64,000 nt of DNA from Acidobacteriaceae bacterium. Lineage in GTDB: Bacteria > Acidobacteriota > Terriglobia > Terriglobales > Acidobacteriaceae. The notes under the pieces are model-generated. The model worked only from the letters and a program-made list of their open reading frames with translations. It had not been told where the DNA came from and ran no database searches. Position numbers and translations under genes: made by a program. The stretch is taken from positions 28,228-92,227 of the forward strand of contig DATHQV010000164.1 in NCBI GenBank assembly GCA_035482355.1, given 5' to 3'. Position 1 is the first letter of the stretch, and each line of letters begins with the position of its first letter. Positions 49,377 through 59,531 of the stretch are shown here, in pieces.

Positions 49377-50450
49377 TCACGCGTAGACAACTCTACGGTC
49401 GCCTTTGATGATGCGGCCGATGACGTAGGCTTTTTCTCCGGCGCGGTCGAGCATGGATTTGCAGCGTTTGAAGCGCTCAGCCGGGACGACGGCGATGAGG
49501 CCGATGCCCATGTTGAAGGTGCGCAGCATTTCTTCCTGCTCGACGTTGCCGAGTTGTTGCAGGTGCTCAAAGATGGGGAGGACGGGCCAGCTGCCCAGCT
49601 CGACGTGAGCGGAAAGGCTCTTGGGCAGGATGCGCGGAAGATTTTCGGTGATACCGCCGCCGGTGATGTGGGCCATGCCCGACGCGTAGTCGCTGACGGT
49701 GAGCTTTTTGATGAGGCCGAGGTAGCTGCGGTGCGTCTTCATGAGCGCGGCGCCGGCTTTTTCTTTGAGCGCGTTGACGTACTGCTCGGGCTTGTACTTC
49801 GCGACCTCAAAGAAAAGCTTGCGGGCGAGCGAGTAGCCGTTGGTGTGCAGGCCGGTGGAAGGAAAGCCGAGGAGGACGTCGCCGGCATGGATTTTTGCGC
49901 CGGTGACCAGCTTGGCGCGCTCGACGACGCCGACGATGAAGCCCGCGAGATCGTATTCGCCATCGGCATAGAAGCCGGGCATCTGCGCGGTTTCGCCGCC
50001 GATGAGGGCGCAGCCGTTGGCGCGACAGGCATCGGAGAGGCCGGAGACGATTTTCTCGGCGATTTCGCCGTCGAGGCGTCCGGTGGCGAGGTAATCCAGA
50101 AAGAAGAGAGGCGTTGCGCCCTGGACGGCGATGTCGTTGACGCAGTGGTTGACGAGATCGGCGCCAACGGTGTGGTGAATGCCGAGCTGGAAGGCGAGCT
50201 TGAGTTTGGTGCCTACACCGTCTGCGGAAGAGACCAGGACGGGCTCTTCGTATTTGCCGTCGAGGCGGAAGAGGCCGCCGAAGCCACCGATTTCGCCGAG
50301 GACATTGCGGGTGAAGGTGCGCTGGGCAAGGTACTTGATGCGCTGCTTGGCGCGATCGCCGGCGGCGATGTCGACACCGGCGTCGGCGTAGGTGACCGCG
50401 GGCGTAGCGGGCTTCGATGAGGAGGAGGAATTGGAGTCAGAGTTAGGCAA
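49377..50450 (-). CDS. purM: phosphoribosylformylglycinamidine cyclo-ligase (AIR synthetase)
   Basis: YADAGVDI, GGFGGLF, DGVGTK, HCVNDIAVQGA, GGETAQMPG, AHITGGG. Confidence 0.95.
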   Translation of the reverse strand: MPNSDSNSSSSSKPATPAVTYADAGVDIAAGDRAKQRIKYLAQRTFTRNVLGEIGGFGGLFRLDGKYEEPVLVSSADGVGTKLKLAFQLGIHHTVGADLVNHCVNDIAVQGATPLFFLDYLATGRLDGEIAEKIVSGLSDACRANGCALIGGETAQMPGFYADGEYDLAGFIVGVVERAKLVTGAKIHAGDVLLGFPSTGLHTNGYSLARKLFFEVAKYKPEQYVNALKEKAGAALMKTHRSYLGLIKKLTVSDYASGMAHITGGGITENLPRILPKSLSAHVELGSWPVLPIFEHLQQLGNVEQEEMLRTFNMGIGLIAVVPAERFKRCKSMLDRAGEKAYVIGRIIKGDRRVVYA

Positions 50451-50699
50451 AGAGCTTTCCGCGGGAGTGAATTCTCGGGTGAAGTGCCCAGTTTACTCGG
50501 TATTTCTGTGCGTGTGATGATGAATTCCGGAGGAACCAGGGATATGCGCCCTCCGGTGGGTTACTCGCGGAAAGAAGTCGTTTCGTTTCGAGCCGTCGTT
50601 GGGTCCGGAACGCAGGACGGCCGGGCTCGCGGGATAACCCGCGAGGCGACGACCGATCGGAGTGATGAAACGGCTATGAACGGCGCGACGTGCGAACCG

Positions 50700-51086
50700 T
50701 TATTTCTGGACAGCCTTCGCAGACTTGGCCTGCTCGTGGGCGGCCTTCGCCTGGGCGACGAGCGCGGTGAACGCGGGGGCGTCGTGGACGGCGATGTCGG
50801 CGAGGACCTTGCGATCGAGCTCAATGCCGGCCTTTTTCAGTCCGTTGATGAGCACCGAGTACGAAATGCCGTTGATTTTGGCGGCGGCGTTGATGCGCAC
50901 GATCCAGATGGAGCGGTACTGGCGCTTCTTCTGTTTGCGGCCGCTGTAGGCGAACTTCAGTCCGCGCTCGACGGCTTCCTGCGCTGCCTGGTAAAGCTTG
51001 GATTTGGTAAGGAAGTAGCCGCTGGCCCTTTTCAGGATTTTCTTGCGGCGATCGGATCGTTTGGTACCACGTTTGACGCGAGGCAT
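50700..51086 (-). CDS. rplT: 50S ribosomal protein L20
   Basis: [25 protein letters not shown]...[23 protein letters not shown]. Confidence 0.97.
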   Translation of the reverse strand: MPRVKRGTKRSDRRKKILKRASGYFLTKSKLYQAAQEAVERGLKFAYSGRKQKKRQYRSIWIVRINAAAKINGISYSVLINGLKKAGIELDRKVLADIAVHDAPAFTALVAQAKAAHEQAKSAKAVQK

Positions 51087-51211
51087 CGTATTTCTCCTTA
51101 AGTTACCGGTTCAGCGGCTGGAGGTGGGAAAGACCTCTTCACTCGCTCTCGAATCCTGGTCCACTCTCAGTTTTTGGCTGAGGGAGCCCCTGCAAATGGG
51201 GCCCGGAAAGA

Positions 51212-51409
51212 TCAGGCATAGGGAATCATGCGGGCGACTTTCTTATGGTCGGCGTCCGAAACCAGCACGCTGTGAGCCAGCTTGCGCTTGGTTTTGGTCT
51301 CTTTCGACGTAAGAATGTGCCGCATCTTGGCCTGCCCGCGCATGAATTTGCCGGAGGCGGTCTTTTTGAAGCGCTTTGCAGCGCCCCGATGGGTCTTCAT
51401 TTTAGGCAT
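51212..51409 (-). CDS. rpmI: 50S ribosomal protein L35
   Basis: [44 protein letters not shown]. The upstream extension to 51496 was rejected. Confidence 0.95.
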   Translation of the reverse strand: MPKMKTHRGAAKRFKKTASGKFMRGQAKMRHILTSKETKTKRKLAHSVLVSDADHKKVARMIPYA

Positions 51410-51526
51410 GGTTTTCCTGACTACAAAAAGCGTGCTGACAACAGCATCCAGTATAGGGGATGGGGGCGGGATGCGTCCAGGGAGTTGCTCGATCAATTAT
51501 GCTTCATTGCGGTTGGGGGTTTGGGA

Positions 51527-52741
51527 ATGGGGACGCAGGAAGAAAAGATTAGCCGGGCGCTGGATGGGTTTCGGATTGAGATTCCTTCGTGGGGGTTTGC
51601 GAACACGGGGACGCGGTTTGGGAAGTACCTGCAGGCGGAGGCCGCGGCAACGCTTGAAGAGAAGTTTGCCGATGCGGCCCAGGTGAACGCTGTGACCGGC
51701 GCGTGTCCAACGCTGGCGCTGCATGTGGAATGGGACTTGCCCGGCGGCGTCGAGGATGTGGGGCGGGTGCGGGAGCTGGAGACGCGGTTTGGGATGCGGG
51801 CGGGGTCGATCAATCCCAATCTTTTTCAGGCGCAGGAATACAAGTTTGGGTCGATCTGCAACCCGGATGCGGGGGTGCGGCGCAAGGCTCTGGCGCATCT
51901 GCTGGAGTCGGTGAAGATTGCGCGGGAGCTGGATGGCCGCGATGTTTCCATCTGGCTGGCGGATGGGTCGAATTATCCGGGAACGCAGAGCATTGCCAAA
52001 AGGATTGGCTGGATGGAGGAGGCGCTTGGTGCGACCCATGCCGCGCTCGCGCCGGGCCAGCGGATGCTGGTGGAGTACAAGCCGTTCGAGCCGGCGTTCT
52101 ACCACACGGACATTGCGGACTGGGGGATGGCGCTATTGCTGGCGCGGAAGGCGGGGCCGCAGGCGGTGGTGCTGGTGGACACGGGGCATCATTATCTGGG
52201 GCAGAACATTGAGCAGATCGTCGCGTGGCTGCTGCGCGAGGGCGTCCTGGGCGGGTTCCACTTCAACGACCGGCGGTATGCGGACGACGATCTGACGCTG
52301 GGGTCGATCGATCCCTACCAGGTGTTCCGGATCTTCCACGAAATTCTGTCTGCAGATGGCGGATCTGCGTCAGGAACGGGCGAAGCCCCCAGTGCCTCCG
52401 GCGGCCAGCCGGCTTACATGATTGACCAGAGCCACAACCTGAAGGGCAAACTGGAGGCGATGGTGCAGACGGTGTGCGCGGCGCAGGAGATCTATGCGCG
52501 GGCGGCGCTGGTGGATCGGGCGCATCTGGCTGAATTGCAGGACGCGTGCCGGCTGGTGGAGGCGGAGGAGTGTTTGCGGTCGGCGTTCTGGACGGACGTG
52601 CGTCCGGCGGTGCGGGCGTGGCGCGCCGGGCGGGGGTTGGCGGAGGATCCGCTGACGGCGCTGCGCGAGAGCGGGTACGTGGAGCGGGTGCGGGGGGAGC
52701 GGGGCGCGCGGAATGCTGGGGGCGGATCGTCGTACGCGTGA
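51527..52741 (+). CDS. rhaI: L-rhamnose isomerase, Pseudomonas stutzeri-type (xylose isomerase-like TIM barrel)
   Basis: IPSWGFANTGTRF, YKPFEPAFYHT, LVDTGHH, GGFHFNDRRYADDDL, YMIDQSHN and the C-terminal LVDRAHL...AFWTDVRP closely follow the P. stutzeri L-RhI sequence as I recall it. Confidence 0.8.
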   Translation: MGTQEEKISRALDGFRIEIPSWGFANTGTRFGKYLQAEAAATLEEKFADAAQVNAVTGACPTLALHVEWDLPGGVEDVGRVRELETRFGMRAGSINPNLFQAQEYKFGSICNPDAGVRRKALAHLLESVKIARELDGRDVSIWLADGSNYPGTQSIAKRIGWMEEALGATHAALAPGQRMLVEYKPFEPAFYHTDIADWGMALLLARKAGPQAVVLVDTGHHYLGQNIEQIVAWLLREGVLGGFHFNDRRYADDDLTLGSIDPYQVFRIFHEILSADGGSASGTGEAPSASGGQPAYMIDQSHNLKGKLEAMVQTVCAAQEIYARAALVDRAHLAELQDACRLVEAEECLRSAFWTDVRPAVRAWRAGRGLAEDPLTALRESGYVERVRGERGARNAGGGSSYA

Positions 52742-52795
52742 CGGACGTAAGAGACATTCTTAGTTCCTGATCCGTAGGCCGCGCCTGCTTCTTTA

Positions 52796-52941
52796 TCGGC
52801 CGCTCCGCGACCGATTCCCCTCGCTGATGAGATATGTGGTTGGTGCGCAGTGGCCAGCTTCTGGGGGTCCCTCCACTGCGCGCCGGCGACGTGTCGTGCT
52901 CGCGGGACGGATCGGTGGCGGCGCTTCGATCGGGATGACAG
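52796..52941 (-). repeat. interspersed repeat, copy B (about 145 nt), 4 nt downstream of the stop of the 52945-53487 gene
   Basis: Same three conserved blocks and the same orientation as copy A at 35375-35521. Confidence 0.7.
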
Positions 52942-52944
52942 TTG

Positions 52945-53487
52945 CTACGGCAAATACTGGGCGGGGATTGGGGTGGCGGGTGATTCGACCTGCCAGAGGA
53001 TTTCGGCGATCTTCCAGTTTTGTCCGTCGAAGACGGCCTGGATGCTGTTGATGCCGCGGGTAAAGGGCTTGCCGTCGATGCCGGTCTCGTAGGTGCTCCA
53101 GAGATGGGCGACGTTGCCGTAGGTTTCGGACTGATATTTGATCTGCTTTTCCGTCACGATGGAGTCGCCGTGCTTGGCGACGGCGGTGATCCAGTCGTCG
53201 ATGGTGAGGAGCCGAGGCGTTGCGGTGGGCGTGCTGACCGGGATCAGGCGGACCTGGGGCAGAAGGATCTGGCGGAAGCAGGTGCTGTCTTTGTTGGCGG
53301 GTCCGGTGACGGCGTCGTTCAGGGCGGCGATGAGTTGACCCAGGGTGGTGGAGGGTGGGCAGCTTGCGGCGGCTGGTGCCGGTGCGGCGGCCGGTGCAGC
53401 TGGTTCGGAAGTCTGGGCAGAAAGAACCGGCGCAGCCAGTGCGGCGATGGCGAGGACGGCAGAAAGGGCGGAGGCGAATCGTGACAT
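52945..53487 (-). CDS. secreted hypothetical protein (possibly NTF2/SnoaL-like fold)
   Basis: Signal peptide MSRFASALSAVLAIAALAAPVLSAQ, an Ala/Pro linker and a body of about 130 aa. The fold assignment is a guess from size and pattern. Confidence 0.55.
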   Translation of the reverse strand: MSRFASALSAVLAIAALAAPVLSAQTSEPAAPAAAPAPAAASCPPSTTLGQLIAALNDAVTGPANKDSTCFRQILLPQVRLIPVSTPTATPRLLTIDDWITAVAKHGDSIVTEKQIKYQSETYGNVAHLWSTYETGIDGKPFTRGINSIQAVFDGQNWKIAEILWQVESPATPIPAQYLP

Positions 53488-53544
53488 GCAGGGGATTCTA
53501 TCGCGAGGGTGGATTGTTGTGGAAAAAGGCGTAGACTCTGTGGC

Positions 53545-53817
53545 ATGGAAACGGGGGAGCGGCGGCTGGGGATGGATCCGGAGGCCGGGCGGCGTCTGGC
53601 AGTGCTGGGCGGGGCTACGCTGATTACCGCAGCATCGTTCACGCTCATTTTTGTGGCGGTCATGTGGCTGCCGTATCCGATGTTCGGCCTGTGGATGCGG
53701 ATGAGCCACGGGGCGCGCACGATTACTTCAACGGTCTACTTCTTTTCGATGGCCGGTTTCGTTTCGTGGTCGACGATGAGGCGCCAGCGAATGAGGAAGC
53801 TACGCGGTCGCCGGTAA
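53545..53817 (+). CDS. possible small membrane protein
   Basis: ORF with two hydrophobic helices and a basic C-terminus. Its 3' end overlaps the pyrF 3' end by 18 nt. Weak support. Confidence 0.3.
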   Translation: METGERRLGMDPEAGRRLAVLGGATLITAASFTLIFVAVMWLPYPMFGLWMRMSHGARTITSTVYFFSMAGFVSWSTMRRQRMRKLRGRR

Positions 53818-54516
53818 GGCGGCGTGCATTTCGTCGATGATGGCTTGAGTCGCAGCGACGGGATCAGGCGCCTGGGTGATGGGGCGGCCGACAACAAGAT
53901 AGCTGGCTCCGGCGGCAAGGGCGGCGGCGGGAGTTGCCGTGCGCCGTTGGTCGCCGATGTCGCTGCCGGTGGGGCGGATGCCTGGAATGACGAGGGTGGC
54001 GGAGGGGAAGCGCCTGCGGAGTTCAGCCGCTTCCGCGGCGCTGGCGACGAGGCCGTGGATGCCGGATTTCGCGGCGGTTTCGGCGAGGCGCAGCACCTGG
54101 GAAGCGGCTAATCGTTCAATGCCAATGGCAGAGAGCTGGACTGCGTCCATGCTGGTGAGGACGGTGACGGCGAGGAGTTGGGGCGCGTGCGGGACGGCGG
54201 CGGCTGCGTCAGCGGCGGCCTGGAGCATGGCCGGGCCCCCCGATGCGTGAACGGTAAGGAGCTCCGCGCCAGTTTCGGCCACGGAACGGACGGCGCCCGC
54301 AACGGTATTGGGGATGTCGTGCAGCTTGAGGTCGAGGAAGACGGAACAGCCGCGATGCCGAAGCTCACGGACGAAGGCGTTGCCTTCGGCGAGGTAAAGC
54401 TCAAGCCCGACTTTGTACCAGGAGCAGAGCTCGTCGAGCCGATCGGCGAGGGCGATGGCGCTGAGGGCATCGGGGTAATCCAGGGCGACAATCAGCCTTG
54501 GGTCCATGGTCTTCAT
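53800..54516 (-). CDS. pyrF: orotidine 5'-phosphate decarboxylase
   Basis: LIVALDYPD, VGLELY, FLDLKLHDIPNTV, LVVGRPIT. Confidence 0.9.
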   Translation of the reverse strand: MKTMDPRLIVALDYPDALSAIALADRLDELCSWYKVGLELYLAEGNAFVRELRHRGCSVFLDLKLHDIPNTVAGAVRSVAETGAELLTVHASGGPAMLQAAADAAAAVPHAPQLLAVTVLTSMDAVQLSAIGIERLAASQVLRLAETAAKSGIHGLVASAAEAAELRRRFPSATLVIPGIRPTGSDIGDQRRTATPAAALAAGASYLVVGRPITQAPDPVAATQAIIDEMHAALPATA

Positions 54517-54730
54517 CCTGGCACAGGAACAACGCGGGGGAAAGCAGAAATCTCGAGGGCACGAGGCGATTGTGGCGCTGTTGTCGAATGAGGCCGGCGT
54601 ACCCCAATCGTTGTAGAGACAATTCATCGTTCGATTGTTCTTATGGGGTACTGGTAGACTTCAGCCTAAATTCTTGGTGTTTGCGAGCCATACGGTCAGG
54701 CAAACTGGGAACGTGAGTACTGTGACAGCC

Positions 54731-56086
54731 ATGGATAGCTCGCTGCGGAACCGGCCAACCCGGCCGCCGATGCAAACCCCCGAAGAGGGCGCGGGTATGG
54801 ACCTGCTCCTGAACAACAACGACCTGAATGCGGCCGAGAAGGCCGTAGGGCCGGAGGTCAAGCCCCGCTCGACCAAAGAACTGGGCGTGCGCAGCGCGAT
54901 TGTCGAAGATCTCGCGCTCAAGACTCTATATACGTCGGGCACCATGTCGGTGTTTGAGCTGGCGCGCAAGACGCGGCTGAGCTATGACGTGACTAACGAA
55001 ATATTCGGCAAGATGCGGGCGGGACTGCTGTGCCAGGTGGTCGGGATGAAGGGAAATATCCCGGAAATCTCGATTACGACCAACGGACGGTCGCGCGCGC
55101 TGGAATTGCTGGCAGTCAGCCAGTACGTGGGCGCGGCGCCGGTCTCTTTGGAATCGTACGTGGACCAGGTGCGGAAGCAGAGCGTACGGCACGCGGTCGT
55201 CCATAAAGAGGATGTGGATCGGGCGTTTGAGGGAATGGTGCTCGATGACAGGACTTTGTGGCAGATTGGGATTGCGCTCAACTCAGGATCGTCCATTTTT
55301 CTGCATGGACCGGCCGGTGTGGGCAAGTCGGCAATCGCCGAGACAATGGCGCGCACGCTCGCGGCAGACGATGTTTGGCTTCCGTGGTCGGTGGAAGCGG
55401 ACGGACAGATTATTTCGGTGTACGACCCGATCGTGCATCGGCGCGTGGAGAAACTGGACGGAAACGCCTACGACGAGCGGTGGGTACGGTGCCAGCGGCC
55501 GTCGGTGCTGGTGGGCGGCGAGTTGACGGTGGAAATGCTGGATCTGCAGTTCAACGCGATTGCCGGGTTCTATACGGGGCCGGTGCAGATGAAGGCCAAC
55601 AACGGGGTGCTGATCGTCGATGACTTCGGACGGCAGCGCATTCGCCCCGACGAGCTGCTGAATCGCTGGGTGGTGCCGCTGGACCGGCGCATCGACTTCC
55701 TGACCCAGGTGGGCGGGAAGAAGATTGAGATTCCGTTTGAAATGCTGGTGGTGTTTGCCACGAACCTGGAGCCGGACGAACTGGTGGATGCGGCGTTTTT
55801 GCGCCGGATGCAGACCAAGATCAAGATCACAACGGCGACGGAAGACCAGTTCTGCGAGATCTTCAGGCGGGTGGCACAAAACCGGCAGCTACAGGTGGAT
55901 ATGAGCGTCATCCGCGAGATCGCGGGTATCATTAAAGGGCCGCTCGCCCAGGAGTTGCGTGGCTGCCAACCGCGAGACCTGGTGAATCACGTGTGCTGGG
56001 AAGCGCGCTACGCCGACAGAGAGCCTCGCCTCGACCGCGAGTCCCTGATGGGGGCGGTAGAGACGTACTTCATTCCGCAGGGCTAG
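54731..56086 (+). CDS. AAA+ family ATPase with N-terminal winged-helix-like domain, function unknown
   Basis: Walker A FLHGPAGVGKSAIAE, Walker B VLIVDDFGRQ, then LLNRWVVPLDRRIDFL...VVFATNLEPDELVDAAFLRRM. ATG at 54731. Confidence 0.8.
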   Translation: MDSSLRNRPTRPPMQTPEEGAGMDLLLNNNDLNAAEKAVGPEVKPRSTKELGVRSAIVEDLALKTLYTSGTMSVFELARKTRLSYDVTNEIFGKMRAGLLCQVVGMKGNIPEISITTNGRSRALELLAVSQYVGAAPVSLESYVDQVRKQSVRHAVVHKEDVDRAFEGMVLDDRTLWQIGIALNSGSSIFLHGPAGVGKSAIAETMARTLAADDVWLPWSVEADGQIISVYDPIVHRRVEKLDGNAYDERWVRCQRPSVLVGGELTVEMLDLQFNAIAGFYTGPVQMKANNGVLIVDDFGRQRIRPDELLNRWVVPLDRRIDFLTQVGGKKIEIPFEMLVVFATNLEPDELVDAAFLRRMQTKIKITTATEDQFCEIFRRVAQNRQLQVDMSVIREIAGIIKGPLAQELRGCQPRDLVNHVCWEARYADREPRLDRESLMGAVETYFIPQG

Positions 56087-56190
56087 GCCAACCGCAGAGC
56101 CAGGCTCAACCGACTCCGCATAGCGAACCCCGGCAAAAAAGCGAGAACAGCGCCGATGAGGCGCGGATGCCGGGGTTCGTTGATGCGGGG

Positions 56191-56715
56191 TTAGCGCGAA
56201 GGCGCTGGGAAGTCGGCCGGGTTCAGCTGCGCCACTTCAGTGGGTGACTGAAGGAGCTCGACCTTGACGGGGGCGATGCCGCGCTCGCTAAAGCCGAGGG
56301 TCTGGGCTGCCGCGTACGAGAGGTCGATGACGCGGTCTTCGGGGACCGGGCCGCGGTCATTCACGCGTACAACGACGGAGCGGTGGTTGCGCAGGTTGGT
56401 GACCCGGAGCACGGAGCCGAGAGGCAGGCTGCGATGCGCGCAGGTCATGGCGTTCTCGTCATAAGGCTGGCCACTGGCCGTAGTCTTTCCCTGAAAGAAC
56501 TTGCCATACCAGGACGCGACACCGAGCTGGTACCAGTGGTGATGGGTCGTGACTTTCGCGACCGGTTGGTTTGGGGTGGTCGCGCTGAGGTGATCGGCTG
56601 GGGACGCCGCCTGGGCACCAGCCACTCCCACCACGATGGCGAGAAGAGCGCCAGCAATGGTGAGCGAACGTCGGGAACGAGTCGGGTAATTATCAGATCG
56701 TCGTAAAGCGTTCAT
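56191..56715 (-). CDS. rlpA: septal ring lytic transglycosylase RlpA family (DPBB domain) protein
   Basis: GVASWYGKFFQGKTTASGQPYDENAMTCAHRSLPLGSVLRVTNLRNHRSVVVRVNDRGP. GGAGGAGG RBS upstream of the ATG at 56715. Confidence 0.85.
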   Translation of the reverse strand: MNALRRSDNYPTRSRRSLTIAGALLAIVVGVAGAQAASPADHLSATTPNQPVAKVTTHHHWYQLGVASWYGKFFQGKTTASGQPYDENAMTCAHRSLPLGSVLRVTNLRNHRSVVVRVNDRGPVPEDRVIDLSYAAAQTLGFSERGIAPVKVELLQSPTEVAQLNPADFPAPSR

Positions 56716-57035
56716 GATCCTCCTCCACAAATTGTAGGAATCTGAGGCTGCTAAGTCAAACATTCAAAGTAATTTATTTGTACTGGACGCTTGCCATCTT
56801 TATGCTTTTTGTGCTAGCTCGCCGGGGATACCTCCGGCGGCTTTCTCTCCAAATAGAACCTGGCTGGTTCGGCATCGAGACGGTGTTGGCAACTTCCGGC
56901 GGCAGGAAAATCACCAGTTCGCCCGTTCGGTCCGTTCCTGTACAAAACCGCCCAACCGGAAAAGTGGACCCACAAGGTACGATGTCAGGCATGAGGAGCG
57001 CGCTGCCCAAAGGCGGAGAAGAATCGAGGGGTGAG

Positions 57036-57884
57036 ATGGCGTTGCCCGGGAGGGTCGATTTGGGGGCGGGACGGCAGGTAGCGCTGACCGTGGCGGGGTT
57101 CGATCCTTCGTCCGGCGCCGGGGTGACGGCTGATATGAAAGTCTTTGCGAATCATAGAGTTTACGGGGTGGCGGCGATCACGGCGCTGACCGTTCAGTCA
57201 ACTCAGGGAGTACGGCGGGTCGAGCCGGTTTCGGGTCAACTATTCAGAGAGACGCTGGAGTGCCTGGCGGAAGATTTGCCGATTGCCGGAGTCAAGGTCG
57301 GAATGCTGGCGTCGGCGGAGGCGGTGCGGGTGCTGGCGGAGTTTCTGCGGGGAGCTGGGATTGCGCGCGAGCGGGTGGTGCTGGATCCGGTGATCCGGGC
57401 GAGCTCGGGGGCGGGGTTGCTGTCAGCCGAGGGAGTTGGGTTATTGCGGGATGAATTGTTGCCGCTGGTGGGCTGGGTGACTCCGAATGTGGAGGAGGTG
57501 GGAGCACTGCTCGGGGAGCCGGGGGAGTTTGTCTCCCGCGACCATATACCGGAGATGGCCCAACGACTGGCGGAGCTGGGCGAGGCGAGCGTGGGCGGTT
57601 CGGGCCTGAATGTGGTGGTGACCGGGGGCCACCTTTACCCTCCCGATGATTTCCTGCGGACGGTCGATGGCGAGGAGACATGGTTTTCCGGTGAGCGGAT
57701 TGAGACCACTTCGACCCATGGAACGGGATGCGCGTTCTCTTCGGCCTTATTGTGCCGGCTGCTTCGGGGCGAGACGCCTGTGGACGCCGTGGGCGGAGCC
57801 AAGGCGTGGGTGAAGCGAACCCTGGAGACTGCGGTGCCGATCGGATTGGGGAAGGGTCCCCTGAATCTGTCGATCCCAGGGTAA
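57036..57884 (+). CDS. thiD: hydroxymethylpyrimidine/phosphomethylpyrimidine kinase
   Basis: ALTVAGFDPSSGAGVTADMKVF, ITALTVQST, VKVGML, VLDPV, HGTGCAFSSAL. Confidence 0.9.
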   Translation: MALPGRVDLGAGRQVALTVAGFDPSSGAGVTADMKVFANHRVYGVAAITALTVQSTQGVRRVEPVSGQLFRETLECLAEDLPIAGVKVGMLASAEAVRVLAEFLRGAGIARERVVLDPVIRASSGAGLLSAEGVGLLRDELLPLVGWVTPNVEEVGALLGEPGEFVSRDHIPEMAQRLAELGEASVGGSGLNVVVTGGHLYPPDDFLRTVDGEETWFSGERIETTSTHGTGCAFSSALLCRLLRGETPVDAVGGAKAWVKRTLETAVPIGLGKGPLNLSIPG

Positions 57885-57946
57885 CGATCGAATTGGAGAG
57901 AAGGCGTGACCCTCTCCAAAAAACATGTGCCATACTGCATTCCACA

Positions 57947-58495
57947 ATGCGGCTACGCGGACAAAACGAAATTACGACAGTGGACCTTCCGGAAGAGCTT
58001 GAATTTCGAGTGTTGCGTCGGCCGGGATGGGTCGAAACCGCCCTGGAAATTGGGTCCCTGATCGCAATTTGCGGCATCGCCTGGAAATGGCAGAATCTGT
58101 GGGCATGGATTGCTGGCGGTGCCGGGATTCTGGCACTCGTTGCCAGTTGGCTTCAGGGCCGTGAAACCCAGCTGTCCGTTACGAAGAGAGAATTGATCGC
58201 GACTGGAAACCTGGGACGGCTTGTTCGCACTAAATTGACCGTCGACGCCGCGGATGTGAAGTCCCTCGAATATTTCGCCGGCGATGAAGGTGACCTTGGC
58301 GGCCTGTTCGTGATTAAGGGATGGACACGTATCTGCCTGCTGCCTGGCTTGAGCGAGACGGAAGCGAATCGCATCGTGGGGGCGATCATCGCGAAGTTTC
58401 CAGAGATCGGCGGCGACTCCGAACCTCATTCTTTGTTGTACGGAGAAAGAAGCGATCCAGTGACCCTCGGCCTCAGCGCCAAGAGCCACCGGTGA
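57947..58495 (+). CDS. hypothetical membrane protein
   Basis: 182-aa ORF with two adjacent TM helices followed by a soluble domain. No motif recognised. Confidence 0.5.
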   Translation: MRLRGQNEITTVDLPEELEFRVLRRPGWVETALEIGSLIAICGIAWKWQNLWAWIAGGAGILALVASWLQGRETQLSVTKRELIATGNLGRLVRTKLTVDAADVKSLEYFAGDEGDLGGLFVIKGWTRICLLPGLSETEANRIVGAIIAKFPEIGGDSEPHSLLYGERSDPVTLGLSAKSHR

Positions 58496-58499
58496 TCGG

Positions 58500-59531
58500 T
58501 TAAAGCGTCGTCCAGTCGAGGATGACTTTGCCGGTGGCGCCGCCGATCATCGCCTCGAAGCCTTTTTCGAACTCCTTATAGCTGTAGCGGTGGGTGATGA
58601 CCGGAGAGATGTCGACGCCGCAGGTGACGAGGACGGACATTTTGTACCAGGTCTCGTACATTTCGCGGCCGTAGATGCCGCGGATGGTGAGCATGTTGAA
58701 GATGATCTTGCGCCAGTCGGTCTGCATGGGCTTGGCGGGGATGCCGAGGACGGCGATGCGGCCGCCGTGGGCCATGTTGTCGATCATTTCGTTGAAAGCG
58801 ATGGGGCTGCCGGACATTTCAAGGCCGACGTCGAAGCCTTCCGCCATGCCAAGCTGTTTCTGGACCTGGGCGACGGGGGTTTCGCGAGGATCGACGGCGA
58901 CGGTCGCGCCCATTTTGCGGGCAAGGTCGAGGCGGAAGGGGTTGAGATCGGTGACGACCACATAACGAGCGCCGGCGTGGCGGACGATGGGGATGGCCAT
59001 GAGGCCGATGGGTCCGGCGCCGCAGATGAGGACGTCTTCGCCAAGGACGGGGAAGGCGAGTGCGGTGTGGACGGCATTGCCGAAGGGATCGAAGATGGCG
59101 GCGATTTCTTCGGGGACACCGGCGTGGTGACGCCAGATGTTGGTCATGGGGAGGGAGATGAACTCGGCGAATGCGCCAGGGCGGTTGACGCCGACTCCTG
59201 AGGTATGGGCGCAGAGGTGGCGGCGGCCGGCGAGGCAGTTGCGGCAGCGTCCGCAGACGACATGGCCTTCGCCGGAGACGAGGTCGCCGACTTTGAAGTC
59301 GGAGACGTTGGAGCCGACGGCCGCGATTTCGCCGACGAACTCATGGCCGATGACCATGGGAACGGGTATGGTTTGCTGGGCCCACTCGTCCCACTGATAA
59401 ATATGGACATCGGTGCCGCAGATTCCGGTGCGGCGGACGCGGATGAGGACGTCGTTGATGCCGTATTCGGGCTCGGGAACGTCCTCGAGCCAGAGGCCGC
59501 GCTCCGAGCGCGCCTTGACGAGAGCTCGCAT
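58500..59531 (-). CDS. tdh: L-threonine 3-dehydrogenase
   Basis: MRALVK...[55 protein letters not shown], a zinc-ADH fold with Tdh-specific N-terminal motifs. Confidence 0.95.
   Translation of the reverse strand: MRALVKARSERGLWLEDVPEPEYGINDVLIRVRRTGICGTDVHIYQWDEWAQQTIPVPMVIGHEFVGEIAAVGSNVSDFKVGDLVSGEGHVVCGRCRNCLAGRRHLCAHTSGVGVNRPGAFAEFISLPMTNIWRHHAGVPEEIAAIFDPFGNAVHTALAFPVLGEDVLICGAGPIGLMAIPIVRHAGARYVVVTDLNPFRLDLARKMGATVAVDPRETPVAQVQKQLGMAEGFDVGLEMSGSPIAFNEMIDNMAHGGRIAVLGIPAKPMQTDWRKIIFNMLTIRGIYGREMYETWYKMSVLVTCGVDISPVITHRYSYKEFEKGFEAMIGGATGKVILDWTTL

Noticed and set aside
50451-50699. Possible ZTP/purine-type riboswitch in the 250-nt region upstream of purM
   Set aside because: Only a CTGGGCA fragment resembles the ZTP 3' motif, and the GGGUCGUGAC-type 5' module is missing. 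The one clear structure is an 8-bp hairpin (CTCGCGGG-ATAA-CCCGCGAG, 50622-50641) that more likely ends the rplT transcript.
56764-57035. Possible TPP (THI-box) riboswitch upstream of thiD, because of a GAACCTGG...GGCAT stretch
   Set aside because: The invariant CUGAGA element and the ACCUGAUCNGGNUAAUNCC core are absent. The resemblance is limited to a few nucleotides.
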